The notes under the pieces are model-generated. The model saw only the letters and a program-made list of their open reading frames with translations, made no database searches and was not told the DNA's origin. Source: Lama guanicoe (Eukaryota). Taken from it: DNA of 64,000 nucleotides. The translations under genes were made by a program, and so were the position numbers. Of the stretch, positions 39,260 to 50,073 are shown piece after piece; positions within the stretch are counted from its first letter, which is position 1, and each line of letters starts with the position of its first letter. The stretch is from the NCBI GenBank assembly GCA_013239625.1, contig MU053606.1:62001-126000 (forward strand), in the 5' to 3' direction.

Positions 39260-40400
39260 ACAAGACATGATAAATCTCCCAAAAGAAAACATAGGCAAAA
39301 CATTATCTGACATAAAACTTAGCAACGTTCTCCTAGGGCAATCCACCCAGGCAATGGAAATAATAGAAAAAAATAAACAAATGGGACGTAATTAAACTCA
39401 TAAGTTTCTTCACAGCAAAGGCAACCATAAGTAAAACAAAACAACAACCTATGAATGGGAGAAAATATTTGCAAATGATATGACTAACATGATATGACTC
39501 AAAGCCTTAATTTTCAGAATATATAAACAGCTCATACAATTTAATAACAAAAAAACAAACAACTCAATCCAAAAATAGGCAGAAGACCTAAATAAGCATT
39601 TCTCCAGTGAGTACACAAATGGCCAATAGGCACATGAAAAAATGCTCAATATCACTAATAAACAGAGAAATGTAAATCAAAACTACAATGAGGTATCAGC
39701 TCACAACAGTCAGAATGGCCATTGCTCAGAAGTTCATGAATGATAAATGCTAGAGAGGCTGTAGAGGGAAGGGTACCCTCTTACTCTGCTGGTGGGAATC
39801 CAGTTTGGTGTAGTAATTATGGAAAACATGGAAATCCCTCAAAAAACTAAAAGTAGACTTACCCTATGACCCAGCAATCCCACTTCTGGGTATATAACTG
39901 GAAGGAACTCCAATGTGAAAAGATACCTGCACCCCAGTATTCATAGCACCACTGTATACAATAGCCAAGACATGGAGGCAAGCTAAATGTAGCAATAGAT
40001 GACTGGATAAAGAAGTTGTGGTATATTTATACACTGGAATACTATCCTACCATGAAAAGGACAAAATATAACCATTTGCGGCAACATGGATGGAGCTAGA
40101 GATCGTCATTCTAAGTGAAAGCAGCCAGAAACAGAAAAATACCAAATGATACCACTCATACGTGCAATCTAAAAATAGAGAGAAAAAGACTCTGAACTCA
40201 TCTACAAAACAGAAACAGACTTGCAGACTTAATAAACAATCTTAAGGTTACCAGGGAAAGGGGATGGGAAGGGATAAATTTGGGAGTTTGAGATTTACAA
40301 ATGTTAGCCACTATATATGAAAATAGATTTTAAATAAAGTTTCTTCTGTATAGCACAGAAACTTATGTTCATTATCCAGCAATAGCCTATAATGAAAAAG
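39260..40400 (+). mobile_element. LINE-1 ORF2 3' part and 3' UTR, cut before the poly(A)
   Basis: gaaaacataggcaaaac, gcagaagacctaaataag, gacccagcaatcccacttctggg; ends at cctataatgaaaaag, whereas the related UTR at 1596-1834 continues about 120 bp further. Confidence 0.9.
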
Positions 40401-40506
40401 CCGACACAGCCACCAACTGAGGAAGCAAGAGAAGAAAGGAGAGTTAGTTATGCTGAGCTAGAGCCCACTTCTAAAATCCTTGTCAGTCACTGAGGCTGCC
40501 CCGAGT

Positions 40507-41316
40507 ACACTGAGCCCTCCTCCCAGGGACAGGCTGACATGACATGCATCCTGCAAACCTGGGGCAGCAGAGGCCGTCCCCAGGTCTGGCCCTGGGGGAG
40601 ATGGGAGCAAGTCCACCCACTCCCCCTGGGGCAGCACCCCTCCCCACAGGCCCTTCCTCCTGACTGCACCATGCCTGCCTCTCAGGAACCCACTGACTTG
40701 AAAACAAGTGATCCACAAAACTGGGGCAGCGGCAGGGAGATGGGCAGCGACCTGCCAAACTGCTTGATTTGCCCCCATCTCTCCCATGGCCTGTCCAGGG
40801 CTCGGCCTCTACTGCTCCAGGCATGGTCCCCAGGTCAGCCTGCTCCCAGGAGGAGGGCGCAGTGTGGTCGAAGGCAGTGGCGGGTTATGGGGTCTGCCCA
40901 TGGGAGCCCGTGGATTTACTTCAAACTTCCCAGCGCATGGCCTGAGCTTGGCCTCTGCTGCCCCAGGTTCGTGGAACTCAGGTTACAGGTCAGCCTGGTC
41001 CTGGAAGGCGTGTGCTGTGCTGTCAGGGAATGGCGGCGGCTGCGATGGCGGGATTAGGGCTGCCTTGTGAGAGCACGGGGGTTGCGACCATTTCCCGCTG
41101 CTGCTGCAGCCATCCCAGGACACTGATCACACCGAGCCCACCTCCCAGGAGCAGACTGACCTTTAACCTGAGTCCCACGAACCTGGGGCTTTAGAGGCTG
41201 CCCCCAAGGTCAGGCCATGGGAAAGATGGGAGCAAATCCAGGGGCTCTCATGGGGCAGCCCCCATTCCATCCGAGGCACCGCAACCGCACCGCACCCGCC
41301 TCCCAGGAGCAGGCCA
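40507..41316. repeat. Array of about six degenerate GC-rich ~90-140-bp units in mixed orientation (+,+,-,-,+,+)
   Basis: Shared core cctcccaggagcaggctgacct...acctggggcagcagaggcc...ggccatggg.agatgggagcaaatcca at about 40507, 40663, 40868(-), 41022(-), 41127 and 41278 (partial). Confidence 0.8.
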
Positions 41317-41790
41317 TTGTCTGAGGGCCAGTCTGAGATGCTCCGGAGCCGTCCGGCACCCTCCCACCACCCGGGGCTGTACCTGCTCTCCTAAACCCGG
41401 GTATAAGCGGCGGCAAAAACACGGGGTTCAGGAACTACTAATAGCGGGGTTACCACGAACCACAGCAGTGGCTGGGACCCTCCGTATGGACGCGTGGCTT
41501 GGACCTCACCTCCGCACCCCTCCCTGGGCGCCTCCCCAGCCACACAGCCCAGGTGTCCCCTGCCGGCTCCCCGAACAGCATGCCCCCACCAGTGCCCCCT
41601 GAACTGCCCAGCAGTGGCAGCCGAGCCATGGGCTAGTGGCGGCCCAGACCCCAGGCCCTGTTCCCCTTCCAGGAGCTGGTCCAGGAGCAACCGGCTCCCG
41701 CCAGCTTCCACGTGTTCTGGGCGGGTTCCAACATCCACGCGTCTGTCCGTCTGTGAGTGAGCACCCTTCCTCCTCCCGCCCACAGCGCAA
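41270..41790 (+). promoter_or_regulatory. CpG-rich putative promoter/first-exon segment
   Basis: High CpG density relative to flanks, TATAAG at 41402-41407, consensus donor gtgagt at 41753. Confidence 0.35.
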
Positions 41791-43098
41791 ACTGCTCAGG
41801 TGCTTCTGCTTTACCAGCCCTTGCCACTGGGGCTGGGAGGAGCCAGAAGGGGCTCCTCCTGCTCATCCCACTGGGTCTCCATCCCCAGAGCCCTCACCCT
41901 GCCACTGACTGGGTCCTGGCACTGAACTAGAACCATGATTGCCCTGGGCCAGGCCACACCCGGCCAGCCCCACTTCCCCTGCTCACCTTCCCCTCCCTGT
42001 TACTACCCTCCCACCCCTGGCCAGGCTCAGTCTCCCACCAGACCTTCAAGACAGGGCTCCTTCTTCTCACACTGAGGTCCCTGCCCTGACACTCCATCCT
42101 GCTAGGTCCTAACCTATGGCCCCTTCACCCACAAGCTTACCCCTCATGCTGCAGCACAGGACCCCCAACATCCTGAAATTGTCCCCCTCACCTCTCAGCC
42201 AGGTCAGTTCCACTCTGAGCGGGCCCCACACCCCTCAACCTGTACCCCCTCACCATGGGATCCCCTTCGCTCTGAGTGCACCCCTACTCTGAGCTCACTC
42301 CCTCACCCCTCATCCTGTGGTTGGTGTGGGGAAATCCGGGCTCCAGTAATGATGACTATTGCCACCAGTGGGGGATCCAGCCTAGTGTGCACCTTCATAG
42401 TTAATGTCTGAGTCTGCAGGGTGAGGCAGGCTTGGCTGAAGGCAGTTCCAATTCCCGCCCTGGCACCCTGATCCCCGCACCCTGTGCCTCAACTGACCCG
42501 ATAGGTCAGGGTGATCCCAGGCTGCCAGCCACTGGCCTGTGGGCCTTGGGTGGTTGATTGTCCTGATGGTGATCTCGTCCCGTAGGGTGGAGGCACTGGG
42601 CACCAGGATCTTTGGGGTGGGGGAGTTCAGAGGGTGCACTTGAGCCCGGGGTAGACAGCAGATGGTGGGCTGTGTGCATGGGGCTGTGTGTGTGGCCTGG
42701 GCTCAGCCCTGGTGGGTGCAGGGACCTTGTTCATTCACACCAGGCCAGAGGGAAGAGGGACGGGAGCTTTTAAAGCATCAAAGCTAGGAAGCCAAGGCTG
42801 GAGAGCAAAGTAGGAAGGTGCACTGGCCAGGCCACCATGGAGCCTGCCGCGACGCTGGTCCCTTGCATCAGGGGAGACTGGCAGTTGACTGGCCAATGAG
42901 ACAACCCATGCTGTCATGTAGTTTACAGGCAATTGAAGGGATTTTGAAAGGTAAATTTAATCCAATAACTGTCACTTTCTCTGCAGGAGATTAGGTCCAA
43001 AGTCATGGTGAATCTGGCAGAGATCCTGCCTGAACTCCAGCCTGGGACAGTGGAGGACCCACCCAGGAATCATCCTCTTAGTTCTCACCAAAAGTCAC

Positions 43099-43516
43099 TG
43101 TAATAGAGAAGAACAAATCTGACTCCATATTGGATCTGTTCCTTTTCCTTTAACCATGTTTTCTAGGCTTAGTCTTGCTAGCTCTGCACCTTTTGTAAAA
43201 CAATGTTGCCTTTAGCCTGAAATAAACAGAAGAGCCTATTCTCAAAACTCTGATCTTTAAGGATATTAACACTTTTGCACTCCTATAAAGATAACAAGTT
43301 GCAGAATAGAAAAAGTTTTTTTGTTGCAGGTTTTACAGGAACACCATGATCTGACCCACGTGGACAGCTGCAAAGGATTCCAAGAACAAAGAAATCCTAA
43401 ACCAAGAAGTTTGCAACAACCAACCACTGCCCCTCCCCTTTTTAGTAGAAAAGGAGCCTGAAGTCTGACTTGGGGAAGATGGTTCTCCAAGGTATTAGTC
43501 TGCCATTATCTTGGTC
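43099..43516 (+). mobile_element. ERV1-class LTR (MER41-like, cetartiodactyl), 3' truncated
   Basis: Begins tgtaatagagaagaacaaatctgactccatattggatctgtt; family name recalled from memory. Confidence 0.7.
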
Positions 43517-43802
43517 TGCAGCTGTCTATGTAGACCAGGTCATAGTGCCTCTGTAAAACCTCTAACAAAACAAAAGTTATTTTCTATTCTGCAACTTGTT
43601 GTCTTTATATAAGTGCAAAGGTGGTAATATCCTTAAAGATCAGAGCCTTGAAAATAGGCTCTCCTGTATATTTCAGGCTAAAGGCAACATTGTTTTACAA
43701 AAGGTGTAGAGCTAGTAAGTCTAAGCCTAGAAAAGAGGGCACAGGGTTAAAGCCAAAAGAACAGATATTCTATGGAGTCAGATTTTTATCTTTTCTATTA
43801 TA
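43517..43802 (-). mobile_element. Second partial copy of the same LTR in inverted orientation
   Basis: Reverse complement aligns to 43099-43372, e.g. caccttttgtaaaacaatgttgcctttagcctgaaat versus atttcaggctaaaggcaacattgttttacaaaaggtg. Confidence 0.88.
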
Positions 43803-44812
43803 TTCTATTCTATTTTTGTTTTAAGTTTATAAGAATAAAGTTTGGCCTTTTCCCATTTTCATTCTGCAGTTTTAAGGAGCATTAAGTGCATTCGCAATGC
43901 TGTGAGACTGACACCACTGATTTCAGACTATTTCCTTCCTCAAAGTAAAAGCTTTGAATACAAAGCACACCCCACATCCTACCTCCATCAGCCCGTGACA
44001 AGCCCTAATCCCCTTTCTCTCTCTATGTCTTTACCTATCCTGGAGGTTCCCTATCAATGAAATCATATAAAAGGTGGCTTTTTTTTGTTTGTTTGCCCAC
44101 ATATCTTAAGTATGGAAGGGTGAAATTTTTGTTCGTTTGTTTTCACGTGAATTAGCACTTTTGCATTTTGAGAGGAAAATCCAGATGGATTAAAGATGAG
44201 ACATACCAAATAAAGCCCTTTTGGTAACTCTGTCCATAATCTTGTGGTAGGCACTGCTGTTCTAAGTGTGAAACCAGAGCCAGAAGGGAGATGCTTAGCT
44301 CTTCTTGTGGCAAAATAAAACCAAACAAAAGCAGAAAACAAAGGCCAAGAAAAACAGCTGGAAATACAAACCACAGCCTGGAAAAAGCTTTCCTCATGAC
44401 CCAAGGTCAGAGAAAAGCACCCTGCGGTCACCTCTTGAAGCCCAGTGTTCTGAAAAGAAACAAAACACACACAGGCAGTTCCAATGAGAGGCAGTGCAGG
44501 TGGCCAGTGTGTGCTAGAGATGCTCGACCTCTCAGGTGAGGACACAGGCAGATGGACAGACTTCAGAGACAGCATTGGCCACTATCACACTGGCAGGTCT
44601 TTAGTCCATTGACAACCAACCCTGGTGACAACGTGAGCAGGCAGAGGCCCCAGGAGGTCCCCTGGAGGGAAGAGCAAATGGACGCACCTCTCTGGCAGAA
44701 CAAGGTGCAGGATACATCAAAGTGCCACAGGTGCATCCCTTCCCTAGCAATGCTGAGACTTAGAGAAGATCCCAACAAAGTTCTTGCACAATTTTCAAAG
44801 ATAATTTTTCTT
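43803..44812 (+). repeat. Diverged ~1-kb duplicate of 47440-48465 (3' end and flank of the RALGDS-derived gene unit)
   Basis: Collinear blocks, e.g. ggcagttccaatgagaggca(g/a)tgcaggtggccagtgtgtg near 44474 and 48126; AATAAA at 43834 matches AATAAA at 47471. Confidence 0.9.
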
Positions 44813-44885
44813 CAGTAACATGAATTCAAAGTAATCAATATGTCATCAAGGGATTTTCAGAATTGACCTGCCCTGGGGCTGAACA

Positions 44886-45046
44886 ATACACACACATAAA
44901 TACACACTTATACACATAAATATATACACACATACATACAGGAAAAGAGACAGACAGACTGAAACACAGAGAAGCAGGGGGAGACAGAGAAACAGAGAGT
45001 GAGACAAGTCAGAGAGAGAGGCACTGAGAGACAGAGACAGAGAGAA
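44886..45046. repeat. Degenerate (CA/TA)n then (GA)n low-complexity tract
   Basis: Read directly. Confidence 0.8.
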
Positions 45047-45945
45047 GGAACACTGGAGCTGGTAATGAGTGGAACTCTTGCACATTTTCACAAGTCAATC
45101 TACATGTCAGAACCTGGTCCCAAAGTCCATCCACCCTCCAGGAGAGGGTGTGGGGATCACACAATGGAGTGGGAACAGAAGGCAAAAAATAGGAAGACAT
45201 TGTGGGGCAGCCCACCACAGAGGCCGTGATGGGACACTGGGCCTGTATGTCAATATGACAGAATGACCTAGGAGGTTGTATGCCAGAGTGGACGATGTCA
45301 GAATTGTATTTAATTTCAGTCTCATGACAGGGAGCTGAGAAGCAAGCAGCAAGGAAAGTGACTTTCTCCAGACCTCAGGGCAGACCCAGGTCTGTGTGGC
45401 ATGTGCTCTGCACTCTGCCAGCCCTCTGTGGGGTCCTTCCTTTGCTGAGTCTGTGCACAAGCTCCCTGTGATGCCAGCTCATGGGGGTGACAGATGCAGT
45501 AGATGTTTCTAGGTCTAGAGACAGGATGACTTCTCTAGGAAGCAGAGGCCAGAATGATACCCACTGTGCCGATGGGGGATTGGGGAGACCCTGACAGGCA
45601 TGTGGCTTGTCCAGGGTGATAGCACTGCTGAGTGGGGGGAGCCACGTCTGAACCCAGCTGTGTCTTCAGAGCTGTGGCACTGGCTGCATCCAGTCCTCTC
45701 CAGGGCTATGAGGGTCTGAGTTGATGTCACCATGTGTGGGCATGGCATGGAGTGAGAAATGAGAGATCAGCAGCCCAGAAAGGCCGTTGGGGAGCTTTGT
45801 GTCAGGAGGAAGCTTGGATAAGTGGACCCCAGGATGTGACCTCACTTCCCTGGCAATAGAGCCCAACAGAACTTGGAACCGAAGTCACCAGGCACCCACT
45901 CTGTAGAGAAGTCCCTACTCAGCTCACTTGGTTGGAGACAGAGGC

Positions 45946-47476
45946 ATGTTCTGCTGCATCCCAATATCCCGAGGCTACAGCCCCCAGAAAGTCCACAGCA
46001 AGGGGCTATACCAACGCTGCTGGTGCTGGGTCACGTCTCACCCAAGGTGCCTCTGGCCTTTTGGCCAGAGAGACCCAAAGGTAACACAGGGAGGCCCAGG
46101 GCAGGCCCACCCAGGCTGGGCCACCACTCAGATCCCACCCAGGTAGCCCCATGACCTCGTCCTGTCAGGTGGAGGTGGAGCAGTCATGTTGGGATGGGTT
46201 TCTGACTCAAGCAAGAGCAGGTCAGAGGCCTGGGGGGCCAGTCACATCCACAGCCCAGGTCAAAGCTGGCTGGATGGGGTGAGGAGAGCCAGGGAAGGGT
46301 CCTGCTGCCCAAGGTGAGCCCATGCTTTCTGGGTATGTGTTTTCCCTTCTGGGTGTCTGAGCTGAACAAGGTCCCAGTCTGATCTGGCAGCAGAGTTTCG
46401 AGTGAACAGAATCAGTACTGTTCCTGGCCGGGCAGGGCTCTGAGACTTCCAGGCCAGGTCAGCTGCTGGTCACTGTCATTGCAGAGCCAGATACCATATA
46501 TTGAACAGAAGCTGATGAATAAGAACACCAACGCCCCCTCCTCAAGTGAAGGGCTGGTGTGCCACTCTTCTGAGGGCCAACGCAGGCTCCAGGTAGGTCT
46601 GGATATGGAGGGGTCCCCACCACCATGGCCCAGAAATCAGTGGGGCGGGCCTCCGACCCAGACATCACCCAGGGCTCTCCCCAGGGACCTGCCTGGGGCT
46701 GGCGGGTAGCCCAGCACACCCAGCTCTGACCTGGAGCACCGTGCCCACCTTGCTGCAAGTCTGGTGGAGGACCAGGAGCCCCTGAAGCAGAGACTGAAGG
46801 TCAGAAAGACAGGGTGGTGCATGTGTGTAGGTGAGGGAGGGGTGAAGGCTGGGCCACACAGGGAGGTGTACCCAGAGGCTACTGTTTGGACCAGAGCAAA
46901 GAATGGCCACAGACCACCTGTCTGGAAAAATTCAGTCACAGAACACATCCTGTGGGCACTTTCTGGGTGGGAGCTGTCTGGAAAGCTCTAGGAAGGTTTC
47001 TGTCCTTGAAGAGGCACATGGAAAGGGAGGCAGGAGGGCACATTTTTCCCCTCTCACAGCATGAGCTCTTCCACAAGACTTAAAACTCTCTCCACATCCA
47101 ATAGTTACAGAGGAGGCAGGGGCAGGGGAAGATGTCAGAGACCAAATAAAGGACGATCTGGATCCAGCAAGAGACCCCGAGCTCCCTCCTGCCACTCCTG
47201 CAGCTCCTCCTGAACCTGCATCTGCACCTGGACTGCTGGGCAACGGAGAGCCAGTTCAGGCATCACCACCCCCTGGGGCAAAGCCCCCTCTGCACCCACC
47301 CACACCTTCTTCTCCAAAATGTTCTCCAAAATCCCACCATCAGTCCCCCTGTTCCCCCTCCCAAATGACGTCCCTTCAGCTGGAGATGTTTTTGTTTGGT
47401 TTTCTTTAGTTTCCTTTGTTTGTTTCACATCATTTATGGCATCCTTTATTTTACTTTTCAGAGTTTCATTAATAAA
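45946..47476 (+). pseudogene. RALGDS-derived truncated gene (Ral-GDS-like family), 4 coding exons, disrupted
   Basis: Exons 45946-46080 (MFCCIPISRG...LWPFGQRDPK, gt), 46485-46592 (SQIPYIEQKLMN...GQRRLQ; compare RALGDS SSTQEIGEELIN...GQRWLG), 46685-46799 (PSSDLEHRAHL..EDQEP/EAETE; compare PGSDLERRAHLLLAQLEHSEPIEAEPE) and 47060 onward (Pro/Ala/Glu-rich, AATAAA at 47471); all introns GT-AG; frameshifts and TGA stops in exons 3-4. Confidence 0.78.
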
Positions 47477-49099
47477 ATATAGACTTTTCCCTTTTAAATT
47501 GTGCAATTCAGGAGCATTAGGGGCATTCACAATGTTGTGAGACCATCACTACCATCTAGTTTCACACTATTTCTTTCCTCAAAGTGAAACCATGGATCCA
47601 GAGCGTGCACACCCCTCCTTCCTCACCCAGCCCCTGACAACCCAAAGTCCTGTTTCTCTCTGCGTGTCTTTACCTCTCCTGGGTGTTCCCTGTCAATGAA
47701 ACTTTAAAAAAGGTGTTTTTTTGTCCCTGCCCACATGTTTTAAGCTGGGGCTGGGGATTTTTTTTTGTTTTCACTTGAAACAGCATTTTTATTATTTTAA
47801 GGGGATATCCAGGGGGGTTAAAGATGTGATATACAAAATGAAGCCCTTTTAGTAACTCTGTGCATAATCTCAGGGTAGACACTGCTTTTTCCCCTGTGAC
47901 ACCAGAGCCAGAAGACAGAAGGTAGATCCTTAGCTCTTCCTCTGGCAAAAACAAAACCAAACAAATCAAAAAAAATTAGCAAAAGCCCAGAAAAACTGCT
48001 TGAAAGACAAATCACAACCTGGAAAAAGCATTCCTCATAACCCAAGGTTGGAGAAAGGTTTCCCATCCCTGTAGTCCAAAATCCTTTCAAAACCCAGTGT
48101 TCTAAACAGAAACAGAACAGACATGGGCAGTTCCAATGAGAGGCAATGCAGGTGGCCAGTGTGTGTTAGAGATGCTTGACCTCTCTGGTGAGAACACAGG
48201 CAGACGGAAATACTGCAGAGACAGCACCGGTCACCATCATACTGACAGGTCTTTAGCCAGGTGACAACCAGCCCTGTGACAATGTAAGCAGGCAGAGGCT
48301 CCAGCAGATCCCCTGGAGGGAAGAGTGAAGGGACTCTCCTCTTCAGGAATACAGGGTGCAGGACACATCAAAGGGCCACAGATGTATCTCTTCCCCAGAA
48401 GTTCTGATCCTTAGAGTTCATCCCACTAAAATCCTTACACACCTATTCAAAGATGCCTTTTCAAGGGTGTTCATCTCAGCACTGGTTGAAACAGTTGGAA
48501 TTAAAGCAAAACTAATGTTGATGGACAGGAGATGGGGTCCACTCATTCTGGTTCATGTGGATGAATGAATGCTGTGCAGTCGGAAAAGTGGGTGCCTGGT
48601 CTCAACCCAATGTCAAGGGAGGCCTCAAGGTGGAAGTATGCAGACCCACTGTGTGCATCCAGGGTCCCATCTGCATGACCACATAAGTGTGAAATCAATA
48701 TAGATGTAAATTGATCTGATTGTGAGTGTGTAAGAGACAGAGATGGAGAGAGACATACTGAGAGACCCAGAGACTGAGACATAAGCACCAAATCATTCAT
48801 GACAGACACCGCTGTGGGTGGGAATTACAAATCTCTTCTCTTTTAGGCAATATTTCAATTTTTTGTAGTGTGTCTGTATTACTCTACTAATTCTAAAAGG
48901 ATTAAAATCCTATGTTAATGTGACCCATTCATTACTCATTTATGGAGTAATTAAAGTACATTAATCCTATTTTTAAAAGAATTGAAAGCCTTCTCAGGAC
49001 TCAGTTCCATGTCAGCTCCGTGGCAACAGAGTTTCTCCAGGAGGTCGTGTCTCTTCTGAATCAGCATCCAATAGAGGTGAGGAAGAAGTCCCAGACTTG

Positions 49100-49370
49100 G
49101 ACACTGAAGACTACAATAGACTAGAGATTCTGTTGAGAGAAATTAAGACCTACATTCACAGAGAATAATCCCATATTCATGGAGCAGAAGGCTTCATTCT
49201 ACTAAGATGACTATTGTCCACAAATAGATCTAAGGATTCAAAGAATGCCTACCCAAATCCCAGGTGGTGTTTTGCAGTAATTGACAATCAATCTAAAATT
49301 CACGTGGAGAATCCAGGGGCTCAGAATACATGAGTGAATCTTGAAAAAGAAGAACAAAGTTAGAGGAATG
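49100..49370 (+). mobile_element. Old LINE-1 ORF2 fragment
   Basis: cccatattcatgga, ctaaaattcacgtgga, atcttgaaaaagaagaacaaagttagagga. Confidence 0.75.
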
Positions 49371-50053
49371 GAAAGTCAGATGGAACCCACGGTTAATACA
49401 AAAGCACTTTAAGCTGAAAATACCTGAGATTCAATAGAAGTAGAAGAAAACCTGTTATGGTAGCCAACTCTCTCCTCTCCCTTTGCCCTATTAAGTTAGG
49501 TTAATAAAAAAGCCTTTAACTTTCACCATTTAACATGGTAGTTACTTTTCTGGTTGGCTCCTGCCTGTGTATAAATAAATTGTTTCTCTCGTTCATCTCT
49601 CCTTTACTTCTGTGGGCTTTTTGGGAGGGACTCTGGATGATGGGGACCTGCTTTTTTCTCACCTTCCTTAGTGACATCTTTTCTCCATGGTGAAGTGCTT
49701 AAAAAAAAAGAAAAGGCTCATTGGTTTTGGGTTAGATTTGGAACATGTATACCTTTGAAGACCCCCTGGAGGAACAAGGGGGTTCAATACTGCTGGGAGA
49801 ATTTACTGGTCGTCTTGTCCAAATGCCTAACAAGACGCTATTTGCAAGGTTTTTTTTTTTAAAGATTCTTACCCTAACACAAAAACCCTATCTAAACCTC
49901 ATGGATAATCAAATAGAAAGTAAAAAGGAGAATCATGTCTGGCCTAAGAACACTTCCTTAACAAAATGGAAGGACAGAATCAGACGCAGAGCAAAAATTA
50001 AAATCGATTTATACCATCAACCCTCCCACTCTTTTGTACACTGTCCTCATGTA

Positions 50054-50073
50054 ATCTGCCAGATGGCGCCCTG
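50054..50073 (+). promoter_or_regulatory. Candidate CTCF site
   Basis: ctgccagatggcgccc resembles the CTCF core CCASYAGRKGGCR; motif only. Confidence 0.35.

Noticed and set aside
42300..42900. Minus-strand exon-like segments and a perfect Kozak gccaccatgg near 42832
   Set aside because: The Kozak ORF is only about 20 codons and the minus-strand peptides match no protein I recognise
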